Assembly: GCF_009914755.1 (NCBI RefSeq)
Contig: NC_060940.1
Source of the DNA: the human T2T-CHM13v2.0 reference genome, Homo sapiens
Reading direction: 5' to 3' (one strand)
Length of the DNA: 64,000 bases
In this document: positions 41,659-55,000 of the stretch, piece by piece
Layout of the letters: every line of letters begins with the position of its first letter
How positions within the stretch are numbered: the first letter of the stretch is position 1
Notes under the pieces: generated by a model
What the model was told of the DNA's origin: nothing
What the model saw: the letters and a program-made list of their open reading frames with translations, nothing else
The model's database searches: none
Position numbers and translations under genes: made by a program

Positions 41659-43102
41659 TGAATTAGTAAAATATTCTATCTACTTCTTTGTCCTTAGACC
41701 ACATTTCAGTTCTTGGAGCATTGTAAATGATCAATAAATATATCTTAGATGAATTATTTTTCCAAGCTATAGGATTATAGGACTTGTGCACTAAATAAAT
41801 GATACAAATTGGTCTGAGTTATCAAGGAAGTCTTCCAGAGGTGGTGTTTTGGCTCAGTTTTGGAAAGAATCTGATAAGCCAAATCTCTCTCTATTTATCG
41901 TTTCGTAATAATTCTCTAAATGCATGATGTACCCTCTTTCTTTTTTTTCATTTTTTTCTCTTCTCAGTTCTTTCTTTGGCTTTAGATACCCTCTTTTATG
42001 AATTTTCAAGATTATACTTATTAGAAAATTTGACCAAATTTCTTAGAAAAATAGTCTTGAGAGAACTGTTGATGGTCCCAAACTGTTGGATAAATGGTTT
42101 CCATGTCGTAACTATCTAGGTGAGAATGACTCTGGACTTCCCTCGTGCACATAATCAAATGTTGTTAAATGTCAAAAATTTCTTTTCTATCAAAATGAAC
42201 TGGCAAGAAAAGTTCACTAGTTTGCCAGCTTTCAGGGGGCTTTTTTAAGACTGGCAAAAGGACTCAATTGAAGAAACCACTTATTTAATGAAATTGGAGG
42301 CTCCTCAAATTCATAAATCAATTTTCAAATTGCAGGAAAAAATATTACTTTTTAAATGTCCCTAATTGTTATTCATTATTCTATGCCTGTGAAACTTCAC
42401 CAGAGCGGTTTATTAATAAGGCAGCTCTCCAATAACATTATTCAGGCACAGAGGAGTAAAAATCTTAGAACCCACACAAATAATAGATGGTAGGATAGGC
42501 CACCTGATTTGATGTTGTTTGCTTTGGGCTAATTCAAAAAATAAACATGTTTTTGCGTGTTTTTATTTCTTGGGGTTCTTTTTCTTTTCTATTTTCTTTT
42601 AAGCAAAAGGAAAAAGGAAATTATGGACAAAAATTTAGGGAAGATTGTTGGAAATAACATTCACATCAAGTCTGGTTTTTCTCCTAAGAGTTATCCCAGT
42701 GAGCCACTCTATATATTGTTAGACTCAAAACTGGAGCCTTATGCCTCATCCCTACAACAGAAATTCTCAGGACCTAGTTTGACCAACAAGGAAAGTACCA
42801 AGCCTCCCTGGGAAGTACTTTCATACATCCACCTGGACCATCCAGGAAACACCTGGAAATATCCTCAATCCTGAAAAAAAAAATTTATGGCTGTTTTTCC
42901 ATAAGGGCGTTTGAGAAATGGAAGGTCTCTTTGATAAGCCAATGCCAAACAATTCATTGTGTGGAGGCTGCGAGTCCAGAGCATTGTTTTTCTGGGGGGC
43001 ACACCATCAGGAAGCTAGCTTTGAGCTTTTACCTAAGGCTTGGATGGTTGGTTCATTCATCCCTCTATGCAGAGTTTCATTCATTCATTTAAGACCCGTC
43101 TC

Positions 43103-43217
<115 letters not shown>

Positions 43218-43329
43218 TCAAACTCACTGATAAAAGGCCTCCCACATTGCCCTTCAGCTACAGCCAAATTTCTCTGCCCTTTTGACATGAAAAATACTAC
43301 AGGGTTATAAAAACCCATGCTCTTCCCTT

Positions 43330-43760
43330 CCTCAACTTTCCTTCCTTCCATATGCCACCTGCACTGCTCTTATTAAGGTCACCAGAGACCTACATCTTGC
43401 CAAGTCCAGTGGTCAATTATCTGGATTACTTTCAGTCAATGATCAATGGCTCGGCTTCATTTGACATAGTTGACAGCTCACTTCTTCCAAAAGTACTCCA
43501 GCTTTTAAATGCCATCTATATACTGCTTTTCCTCTCAGTTATAGCTCCAACTCTGTCTTTTTCTTTGTGTTCCAGATTTGTCAGTGTAACATCTCCCTCA
43601 ACTTCTTCCCTAGGCATCTCAAACGTAATGTATCCAAACCAAAACTCTTCATTCATCTCCCCACATTCTAAACTCTTCCTCTGCCAATTTCCTTCTTCCA
43701 CGTTAATGGCACTAACCACCACCCCATTGCTCAGGCCAAAAATCCTAAAACCCTAAGTCA
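43330..43760 (+). mobile_element. L2 ORF2-region remnant (host of the young AluY)
   Basis: AAGGTCACCAGAGACCTACATCTTGCCAAGTCCAGTGGTCA..CATTTGACATAGTTGA (L2 RT region); AGGCATCTCAAAC..ATGTATCCAAACCAAAACTC. Confidence 0.8.
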
Positions 43761-43763
<3 letters not shown>

Positions 43764-43795
<32 letters not shown>

Positions 43796-44074
43796 AGACG
43801 GAGTCTCGCTGTCGCCCAGGCTGGAGTGCAGTGGCGCAATCTCGGCTCACTGCAGGCTCCGCCCCCTGGGGTTCACGCCATTCTCCTGCCTCAGCCTCCC
43901 GAGTAGCTGGGACTACAGGCGCCCGCCACCTCGCCCGGCTAATTTTTTGTATTTTTAGTAGAGACGGGGTTTCACCGTGTTAGCCAGGATGGTCTCGATC
44001 TCCTGACCTCGTGATCCGCCCGCCTCGGCCTCCCAAAGTGCTGGGATTACAGGCGTGAGCCACCGCGCCCGGCC
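43764..44074 (-). mobile_element. Very young AluY, AluYe5-type
   Basis: Nearly all CpGs intact; sense-strand diagnostics GGCGAGGTGG, AACCCC(A)GGGGGCGGAGCCTGCAG, GACAGCGAGACT; 31-nt pure tail; perfect 15-bp TSD CCCTAAGTCACTCTT (43751-43765, 44075-44089). Confidence 0.97.
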
Positions 44075-44455
44075 CCCTAAGTCACTCTTAATTTCCAATT
44101 TTTCTTTCACTGCCCAGCTATGATTCTATGCCCAGACTATAGCTGGATTCCAACGGTAGGCAAGATAGGAAGTTCTAGAGACCAGCGCAAAATGCAATAA
44201 TTCAGGAGAGATACGTGATGTAATTCTTAAAAGCCAGAAAGAAAGAATCACACACCGTGCCCATGTATTTGAAACAGTATTCTGTGTGATTAATTTTTGA
44301 AAATTAGATTAGCTGGTTGATGACCCTTTAGACATCGGCCAATGGCCCTGTAGCCCTGAATGGGTTACACTTGAGTTTGGGGTACTTGTTGTTCTTCTCT
44401 GCACAGCATCCTACTTTTCCTGGCGCTTTGTGGATCTTATGTAAAGATCCAAAAA

Positions 44456-44547
44456 AAATATAGCAGTCTCTGACATTTTCTCACATTCAGAAGTCTATGG
44501 CCTTTTAACCTTCTTGCCCTTCAGTGGAAAAATAGGATAGGAAAAGA
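44456..44547 (+). repeat. Copy A of 92-bp non-tandem direct duplication (partner 46492-46583)
   Basis: 88/92 identity by manual alignment, no gaps. Confidence 0.95.
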
Positions 44548-44900
44548 GTGTAAGAATCTTTTAGGTGGTAAATGACAAAAATGCAAATTCCAACGGGCTT
44601 TAGCAAAAAGGGAAGTTTGCTATTTCCTATAACTGAACACTGGGATGGGCAAGAGCTTTCTTTGCTGTGCATCCTGGCTTCGCAGATGGGCTTCGTAGTT
44701 GGGATGTCTTCTACCCTATTCCTTGTCACCAGCCCTTTATTCTTCAGATTCCAGCTGACCATGTTGCCAGGAAGCTCATGGGAGCACCAAGAGCGTCCAG
44801 GTCTTCTTGCCCTTGAACGTGATGCACATGGAGCCTGCTCTATGTGAGCATAGTTGGCTGAAGCCGGGAAATTATAGTGGGTGTGAACCAGGCACAGCAG
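44548..44900 (-). mobile_element. Old MaLR LTR (MLT1J/K-like) remnant
   Basis: AAATGACAAAAATGCAAATTCCAACGGGCTTTAGCAAAAAGGGAAGTTT..ATAACTGAA. Confidence 0.55.
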
Positions 44901-45105
44901 AGACCCCCACCTGCTCTCTGCTGTGCCTGGTTCACACCCACTAGAATTTCCCTGCTGCAGCCAACTGTGACCTGCTCCCAGGAGTGTTCCTTCTGACTGG
45001 GCTGGTGCCTTCCATGGTGCTCCGTAGCATCCTGCAGCCCCTCCTTCACATTTTATTAAAATTGCTAACATTTTTGTCTACTTTTCCCATTCATCTGTGA
45101 CCTCC

Positions 45106-45513
45106 TGATATGGTATGAATCTGTGTCCTCACCCAGATCTCATGTTTAATTGGAATCCTCAGCATTGGAGGTGGGGCCTGGTGGGAGGTGATAGGATCAT
45201 GGGAGGGGTTCCTTCGTGAACGGTGTAGCCCAGTCCCTTTGGTGCTCTTCTCGTAATGGTGAGAGTTCTCATGAGAGCTGGTTGTTTAAAAGTGTCTAGA
45301 TCTCTCCTCCCCACGTCACTCTCTTGCATGTAAGACACCTGCTCCCACTTTGCCTTCCACCATGAATAAAATCTCCCTAACACCTTCCTAGCAGCAGATG
45401 CTGCCATGCTGCCTGTACAGCCTGTGGAACTGTGAGCCAATTAAACCTCTTTTCTTTATAAACTACCCAGTCTCAGGTATTTCTTTATAGCAATCGAAGA
45501 ACAGACTAATACA
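45106..45513 (+). mobile_element. MSTA-like MaLR solo LTR
   Basis: TGATATGG...GGAGGTGGGGCCTGGTGGGAGGTGA...GAACTGTGAGCCAATTAAACCTCTTTTCTTTATAAA...GACTAATACA; perfect 5-bp TSD CCTCC. Confidence 0.95.
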
Positions 45514-46491
45514 CCTCCTTTGTTCACTTCATGACTCTTTATTCACAGCACTGGAGTCTGCTGGAGACCTAAGAAGGTCCTCTTAACCCCATGAATGTCT
45601 GCTCTATCTAACATTTTGCCTGGCTTGTTAGGAAGATGGGAGCCACATAACACTGTCGCCATCTTTGCCATTAATCATAGCAGCTCTGATGATTAAGTGA
45701 CAGTGTATGTGCTTCATGTTGAGCTTATGCTAGAAACTCTGCTAGTCCCTTTACGGACTTCAGGCATTAGTCCTAGTAGAAAGTTATGATCATTTACACA
45801 TTTTAGAGACAAGTAAAATAGAGCTCAGAAAGTAAACAGCTCATCCTTGGCCACACAGATCATAAGCAGTAGATAATGGAACTATAATAATTATTAGATA
45901 CACCTGTCTATCAGAGTGCAGGGAGATACTGACCCCTCACCTGACTTAGCACCCCACCTCTACAGGCTCACCTCCTACAACTCTCTCTCCCCATTGCCAG
46001 CACACTGCAGCCTCCTTGGCCTTCTCTCCATCCTAGGGCAGCCAACCTCACGACCTGCTCAGAGTCCTCCATTCCTAACGCTTTCCCCAGAGAGTTGCCT
46101 GCACAGTAGCGCTTCTCATCCGTGGGGTCTCAGCTCAAAGTCATCTCTGCTAGGAGCTCCCAGGAGCTCCAGATGAACTAGGTCATTCCCCTTGTCACTC
46201 TCAACCCCTTCACAGGCTTTTTTTTATGAGTACCTGTAGTTACCTGTCCTCGGATGCATTATCTCTCGCCTAATGGAATGCCCACTCTGAGACAGAAGGG
46301 AAATTGCATCTTTTATAGGGGAAGATTATAAGCTGATCTTAAAAATGTGCAATTATCATTTTATAACTGGTGAGACTATTGAAGGTATTTATTGAAAATG
46401 CATATACTTTCAGAATCTTGGTAATATTTTGGTGTTTTGTTGGGAAAAGACTTCAGCTTTGGAACCTCACTTCATGTAAGGAAGGTACTTT

Positions 46492-46583
46492 AAATATAGC
46501 AGTCTCTGACATTTTCTTACTTTCAGAAGTCTATGGCCTTTTAACCTTCTTGCACTTCAGTGGAAAACTAGGATAGGAAAAGA
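46492..46583 (+). repeat. Copy B of 92-bp non-tandem direct duplication (partner 44456-44547)
   Basis: 88/92 identity by manual alignment. Confidence 0.95.
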
Positions 46584-47324
46584 AATTGAGTTCTATTCCA
46601 TTCTCCATATTCTGAGTAGTAATGTGGATAAGAAGACAGACAAGAATCTAATGAGTAATTATGGACAGAAAAATGAAATAGTGCACTTTATACAGAAATA
46701 AAGATATGATAATGATCGTTTTCTTAGTGACCCATCTCAATTGGAAATAGCATCAAAATGAATATCATCTAACATTTGATTTGCATTCAGAAATCCAGGT
46801 TTTTCTTAACACTGACCAACTGAATTCTATATTCCAACCTTAGTTGTTCAGTGATGTTTTGTAACAGAAACAAAAAAGACCATTTTAATCTCTGCTTAAT
46901 TTTTTTCAAAATGAAAATAATAGTTCAAATAAATGCTATTATTTAAATTTAAAAATAAAACATAAATGGCAGGGCTTTAACCTCACTCACTCACTGCTCT
47001 TCCTCTGGTGCCTTGCCCTTGGCATTCAGCAAGCATGTGATAAATATTTGTTGATTGAATAAATAAGTGCTACTTGCCAATGGAAGAATGATCATCTCTC
47101 CCGTGGGAATTTAGCACTGGGGATTTGGGCAGATCAGATGACCATTCTCATCCTAGGTGGACAGTGGTCCCTAGACAGGCCATGCCATGGCAGAGAGAAG
47201 CCAGGTGGAAGTGATGTTTTTAGTTAAACGAGATGTTCATGGATCAGGCAGCTCCTCCACTCCTTTTTGATATCTATGATGATTTAGCATGACTTCCTGG
47301 CACTGCATCAAGAAGCTGCAGTGG

Positions 47325-47709
<385 letters not shown>

Positions 47710-47766
47710 TTATTTTGTCTTCTTTTTTCTTCTCCAAGTTTCTGAGCAATCCACACAAAACTAATC

Positions 47767-48103
47767 CTGGGGTAGGAAAAATGGGGAGATGTAGGTTTAA
47801 CGGTACAAACTTAGTTATAAGATGACTCACTTCTGTGGATCTTATGTACAGCCTGGTGACTATAGTTAACAATACTCTATTGTTTACTTGAAATGTGATA
47901 AGAGCAGATTTTAAGTGTCCTTACCCTACACACACATACACACACAAATGGTAAATGTGGGTGGTGATGGATGTGTTAACTAATTCGATTGTAAACATTA
48001 TTACACAATATATACCCATATATCATATCACCCTGTTATATACCTTGCATAGATACAATTTTTACTTGTCAATTATGTTTCCATAATGTTGGAAAGAAAT
48101 AAA
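47767..48103 (+). mobile_element. L1MA/L1MB-like 3' UTR fragment
   Basis: ATGGGGAGATG..GTACAAAC..AGTTATAAGATGA...GGTGACTATAGTTAACAATACT...TGTCAATTAT. Confidence 0.85.
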
Positions 48104-48119
48104 CTGAACTATTTCTAAC

Positions 48120-48560
48120 ATGCTGGTTTTCACTGTTAGGCAAACAAAGCAGCATTCGAGCTGAGCCGTGTGGCCCTGCCACCCGCTCCGCTGCGCCAGG
48201 CTCTGTGCTGGGGCTGCCATCCTCAATAGCCTCCTTGTTGCCCATCTCGGCCCCCGGAGGTTACTAGGGGACTCTCTCCACTCAATGGGCTCCCTCTCTG
48301 CCATTGTCTTCTGATATCGGTTTACAGTCTCAAGGATATAGACTGCATCACAATTAGTCATAATGTCCAGCCAGCCCTGAAACTTATTTGCCACACAGAG
48401 TTCATTGGCCTTTGTGACAGGGACAAAGGGAGGCTTGTTGGAAGCTGAACACAAAAGGCAAACACAATGTATGGATTTCTGAATAATACAAAGGCGGGGG
48501 ATAATAGCTGCTGCACAAATGGCTATGCTATTGACCAGCTAGAGGGCCCTTCCCCCAAGT
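48120..48560. promoter_or_regulatory. Candidate enhancer with clustered SOX-type motifs
   Basis: Repeat-free and locally CpG-retaining; five C(A/T)TTGT or ACAA(A/T)G sites in 48302-48493; motif-only inference. Confidence 0.35.
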
Positions 48561-48794
48561 CTTTCTAGCTTTTCCATGAATTTCCCTGACCTGGCCCTTC
48601 AAGATTTTTCTGGCAGCGGGGAGGCAACCTAAACTAGGCAGGTAGGCTGATATAGCCAGAAGACTGGCTTCTGCCGAGAGGATTTGTCTGTGAGAGATGG
48701 GTGGTGCGTGTTTACGGAGCATGTCCTACAGGCTCTGTAGAGGATGGTAAAATCATTTCTGAGGTTTAAGGATAAACAGGTGCAGATGGATACA

Positions 48795-49467
48795 TTTGAG
48801 TGTGTTCAAGTGTGTGTGAGTGTGTCTGGGTATGATTGCATAAGAATGTGATTGTGTGGGTGAGAATGTGCAGACACATTTGCATGTATGAGTGCATGTG
48901 AGTACATGTTTGTATTGTGACCATGCATGTGAGATTGTGCAGATGAGAGCATTTGCGTGTGTGAATGCATGTGTGTATTATGACTATGCATGTGAGATTT
49001 TGCACGTGAGCATTTGCATGTATGAATGCATGTGAATATTGTGACTATGTATGTGAATGTGCATGTGTCACTGTGTGTACACATGTGTGAGTGTGTGTAC
49101 ATTCATGTGCGTGTGACACTATATGGGATTGTGTATATGACTATGTAGTTAGAATATGCAGAGCTGAGTATTTGCATAAGTGTGTGTGTATGTAGGTAAA
49201 AGCATGCACATGTGAGAAGTCCTAGGCGTGAATGTGTGAGAGTGTGGATCGCATATTTGTGTGTATAAGTCTGTGTATGTGAGTGTGCATGAGTTTGCAT
49301 GTGAAGGTATGTATACGTGAGTTTTTATGTGTGAGTATGTGTGAGTGAGAGTGTGCATTGGGTATTTGTGTGTATAAGTCTGTGTGTGTGTGTGTGAGCA
49401 TGCATGTGAAGGTATGCATATTGAGTTTTTATTTGTGTGAGTATGTGTGAGTGAGTGTGTGCGTGTG
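48795..49467. repeat. Degenerate TG-rich minisatellite with higher-order units
   Basis: Alternating purine-pyrimidine; about 60-70-bp unit x3 (48877-49070) and about 110-bp unit x2 (49250-49465). Confidence 0.9.
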
Positions 49468-49945
49468 ATCCTGGGTGCTGCCATGTTGTCTGAGAAATCA
49501 GCATCAGTTCTGTCACAGTTCAACCCTCCTATAAGAGACACACTTCAAAGGCTCATCAGCTGCTGGGTCTCCCCCGCACCATGCCAGCCTGCCTGCTGAC
49601 TCTGCCATCTGGTCCAATGAATGGCAGAAATCCTTAGCAAGACCACAGAGCAATCACAGAAAGTGTCGGCTGAAAAAAGGTAGCTTGAGTAACTGCAACA
49701 AACTCTGGTCTCTGATGTGACCAAATAAATTCCCTTTCACGTGTGACACCCATTTCATCTCCCCAGGGCATTTCATGAGCTCCCTCCACAAGTTTTCCAG
49801 ACTCTTCCAGCTTCAATTTAAGTTTATACAAATTTTATAAGTACATAACCTTGTTGAAGAATGATGAAAAGTCTCAGAAACTAGAAATTTCTCTGGATAC
49901 TTCCATATTTTATTTGTGTATCTATCCACCAATCCAAATCAACAA

Positions 49946-50187
49946 TTCTTTCTTCTTTCCTTTTTCTCTTCCTTCCTTTTCTTTCCTCCCCTCATTTCTC
50001 CCTTCCTTCCTCCCCTTCTTTCTTTCCTTCTTCCCCCTCCCTTCTATTTTCACTCCTTCCCTTTCCCCTTTCCTCCCTCTCTTCTTTCTCTCCTTCCTCC
50101 CTCCATCCCTGCCAGTCTCCCTTCTTCCCTTCCTCTTTTCCTTCCTCCCTCTCTCTTCCCTCCTTTCTTTTCTCTTCTTTCCCCTCT
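49946..50187. repeat. CT-rich polypyrimidine tract
   Basis: Read directly. Confidence 0.92.
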
Positions 50188-50363
50188 GAAAGCATACACA
50201 TTCTCATATAACCGTGTGCAGACAACTTTGTAAGTCTGTCTTCTTCTGCACTCCCACAAATCACCATATGTACCCTCGTACTAATCTTAACAGCAGCTAA
50301 TATTTATGAAGCTTTTCTTATGTGAGTTGCTTTGCTTAAGATACATTAAGAAGCCATGACGTT

Positions 50364-50738
<375 letters not shown>

Positions 50739-51076
50739 TCAGACACAGCCGTGAGAGTTGAAATTGGGTTTTCTAAACTGGTGTACTGTTTTCACAGAGC
50801 TTCCTATAAACTCAGAGATGGTCATCTTCCTCTTCATTTCTCATTCATGTCTCACCGTCAGTGATTCTTCACACTTTTGTTTAAGTTTCTTAGAGTTGTG
50901 TGTTGTTGATGAGGGAAGGACACTTAGCCATGTCTGCTGTGATACTCACTGTGAAACTGTGGGTAAGTTCACTTATTTACCCATTCATTTATTAATCCCT
51001 TTGTCTATTCAGTTATTTCACAAATATTTTAAATATCTACTTGTGCAGCAGGCACTTTTTTAAATTTGGGAAATGT

Positions 51077-51399
<323 letters not shown>

Positions 51400-51738
51400 A
51401 AATTTGGGAAATGCAGTAGTGACCCTTCCCTATGAAGCATACATTCTAAAGGAGACAGAGAGACAATGATAAACAAGAAAATAAATAAATACAAGCTACT
51501 TCCAGAGGGCTGAGTCACTTAACCTCTGAGCCTTGGTTTCCCATGTGCAAAACTTGGATTGTAGTAGCACTGTCCTTCAAGCAGCCATTGCGGAAAAGAT
51601 ACATGAAACACTCTTAGCATGATATCTGCCAAGGGGAGGTGTCCAAACCTGTTGGCTATTGTTACTTTTATATAAGTGCATTTCTGATGTTTATAGGGCC
51701 TTGCAAGTTAAATTTCTATAGGATGAAAAACCACCTAG

Positions 51739-52107
<369 letters not shown>

Positions 52108-52678
52108 TAAATTTAGATGGTTAATGCTGATTCCTGGCTCTGCCATTTACCAGCTGCATGGATCGAACTTTCCTGTTAATCTCTAATTTTCTCAATTACA
52201 GTGGGATATCAAATGAGATAAAGTAAAGTAGCAGAACCCAGGACTGGGTCAAAAATATTTAAAACCCTTATATTGTGAAGGAGAATGGGAACCGGCTTCG
52301 GAAAGCTGCAGACCTGGATTCAGCTGCTAGCTGTGGTTCTTTTAATGCTGTGGTTCTCAATTGAGTTATTTTATGCATGCTGTATCCGGTTAACCTTAAA
52401 TAATGCTCACCTTATAGGAAGGTGAGATATAAAAATAACTTATCTTTTAACACACAGTGCGGAATCAAATGTTCATTCTCCTCATTTTCCAGTTAATTAG
52501 GGCAGTGTGAATGAATGAATGAACTAAAATATAGAGCTGTATGCATTTTTAATTTCAGTGATAAGAAAAACTTGGCTAAATCAAGCTTCTATTTTTCTTA
52601 CCACTTCCCTCACCTGTTCACATCTTTCTATGTTTCAAATGGAATTTTTTTAAACAACTCAGCTCCGTGGTTTATATA

Positions 52679-52882
52679 AAGGGTCAATGAACTATGGCCT
52701 GCAGGTTCAACTCAGCCTACCACCCATTTTTATACAACTAGTAATGTATACAAGAGCTAGTAATGGCTTTAACATTTTTATTTTTATTGCAGAGCAGATT
52801 AACTGTGATGGAGACGGTAAGGCCCACAGAGCTGGAAATGTCTACTCTCCAGTCTTCCACGAGGAAATCAGCCAACTCCTGC
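52679..52882. mobile_element. MER58-family hAT element (MER58B-like, deleted)
   Basis: AACTATGGCCTGCAGG...GGCCCACAGAGCTGGAAATGTCTACTCTC...GCCAACTCCTG. Confidence 0.7.
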
Positions 52883-52950
52883 TCTAGTTTCCTAACTGAA
52901 TCTTTGTGTTTTTTCTGCCAGTCATTCTCTTAACTACCTAAAGCTTTTAT

Positions 52951-53271
52951 ATATTTTAAAAATTAAAAAAAAATTTTTTTGGTGTTTTTGAGACAGAGTC
53001 TCCCTCTTTTGCCTAGGCTGGAGTGCAGTGGTGCAATCTCAGCTCACTGCAACCTCCATCTCCTGGGTTCAAGCGGGTTCTGCCTTAGCTTCCAGAATAG
53101 CTGGGATTACAGGTGCCCACGACCATGCCTGGCTAATTTTTCTGTATTTTTAGTAGAGACGAGGTTTCACCATGTTCCCCAGGCTGATCTCAAACTCCTG
53201 ACCTGAAGGAATCCGTCGGCCTCGGCCTCCCAAAGTGCTGGAATTAGAGGTGTAAGCTACCGCGCCTAGCC
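52951..53271 (-). mobile_element. Alu S family (AluSx-like)
   Basis: Full-length antisense; TSD CTAAAGCTTTTAT (52938-52950, 53273-53285). Confidence 0.97.
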
Positions 53272-54479
53272 TCTAAAGCTTTTATTTCTAAGACCTCAAA
53301 TTTTTAACAGCAGAATTGTCCTTGTATTGATGTCAGTATATCCCACTGAATCACTCAAGGGATCATAGATAAGCTGATGCGTTTTCTCTATGAAATCTAT
53401 TTCCCTGCACATTACCTCATCTGTTTGAATTTTGTTCCTCCCTTCTAAAAGCCAGTTTCCCTTAAATGTTGTTATATCTTGATTGTCTGTGTCCATGTAT
53501 ATTTGGGATAGTGGGAAGACAAGACTGAACAGTGTTTCCCACAGGCCAGATGAGAATCCCTGACCATCTGTGGGTGGATGCATGTCCGGAATATGAGTTT
53601 CCTTTTTGGCATGTAGCAAAAGGGCTGGGCTGAGTCTGAAATTAACTTGCCTTCCTGCGGCGGGAAAGAGAGCCTGCCCATAATATCATGGCATCATATG
53701 TCACCTGGGACGATTTGCTTCTCCTTTTCTTCACATGGCTCTGGAAATCTCCTTAGTCCAGCCCTCTAGGCCATGGGTCCTTAACGGAAGGCATTTGGTG
53801 GTCAACACAGGGTTCCATGAGATATTTGGAATTTCACACAAAATATGTGCAATACTTGCATGATATGGCATGGCCAGTATCAGCTCCTTAAAAGAATCTA
53901 TACATCTCCTCCCAAATTACTTACTTAATTAAAATGTTAAGAGTCACCATACTCACTGTGGAAATGAAGAATGATCATAAACTGAGAGTACACAGGAAAA
54001 TGCTTTACTTTTTTCTAAATCGCGAGAGCCAAATTAGTTACACCAAAGAAAATTGAAGCAATAGACAGAAGTTGTTCTCATAATATTTTTCAAAGTCCGA
54101 GACATACCAGTAGTGGTTCCATGTCCTTTTGCATACTTGGTCTCCTTTACCGCACTGAAACGCAACCTGAAAATGGCGGCATGCAAGTGTTATATGTGAA
54201 GACACTGGGGCTCAAAAGAGTGGATGTGTGGCCCAGCTCTGTCAGGCAATCCTGAGCTGAATCAGATAAAAAGCCTTCAACTGTAGGACTTGTTTATCCA
54301 ATGGAACTTCAAGCACTTATAACTACTTTATTTCCCCTGGTTTAAAGACCAGGGGAAATTGAACCCAGAGGAATTGAGCTTCCTGCTGTTGTCCAAGCAG
54401 CAGTGGCGAGAGCCAATCAGGCCCTGACGCTTTAGTTCTGGACCTGCATGTAAATCCCCAAACACTACTTCTTCCCCAT

Positions 54480-55000
54480 AATGAGAGTCACCTTCCCTTT
54501 AATTAAAATTCCCTTACAAATGTAGACATTCCACTTTTACTAATAATTACTCGGAGAAGATTTTTAGCAATCAGCACTACATAAATATCCGAACCCCCTG
54601 GAAGACCATCACAGCTGCAGCATCCCCCCTTCCTCTAATTTATTATTTATATACCGCTGCAGATAGACATAGCTCTTTGTGACAATTAACGTGGGCCTTC
54701 CAGTCTCTCCTCTTGCGGGTTCAGGCTGCAGAGGAGCATTACTGCTTTGATCACAATTACTATTAATTGGAGAACTCTCACTTCTCTGTAAAATATGTAC
54801 TACTCGAAAGTGCGATTAAACCGCCCAAGGAATATGAACTGCATGTCAGGAGATGTATTGTGAGGGCTCTGGATTTAGCAAGTCATTTACCCTGTAATTA
54901 CGGGGGGTGGGGGGAATCCTCTTAATGGGGCAGAGGACATGCTGCCAACAGCAGGGGCTCCAGCTCCAAGCTCAAATGATTTCCCCATGATAAAATGAAC
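54480..55000. promoter_or_regulatory. Candidate conserved developmental enhancer
   Basis: Repeat-free; dense homeodomain cores (TTAATTAA 54499, TAATAATTA 54541, TTAATTGG 54763, TAATTA 54895), SOX CTTTGT 54675, TCF/LEF CTTTGAT 54745; motif-only inference. Confidence 0.4.

Noticed and set aside
44505-45071. Longest ORF (188 aa, - strand)
   Set aside because: Overlaps an MLT1 remnant and a duplicated segment, resembles no protein I recognise, and has no supporting gene structure.
48062-48454. 130-aa ORF on the - strand with globular-looking composition
   Set aside because: Non-ATG start, ends inside an L1 3' UTR fragment, and shows no recognisable homology.
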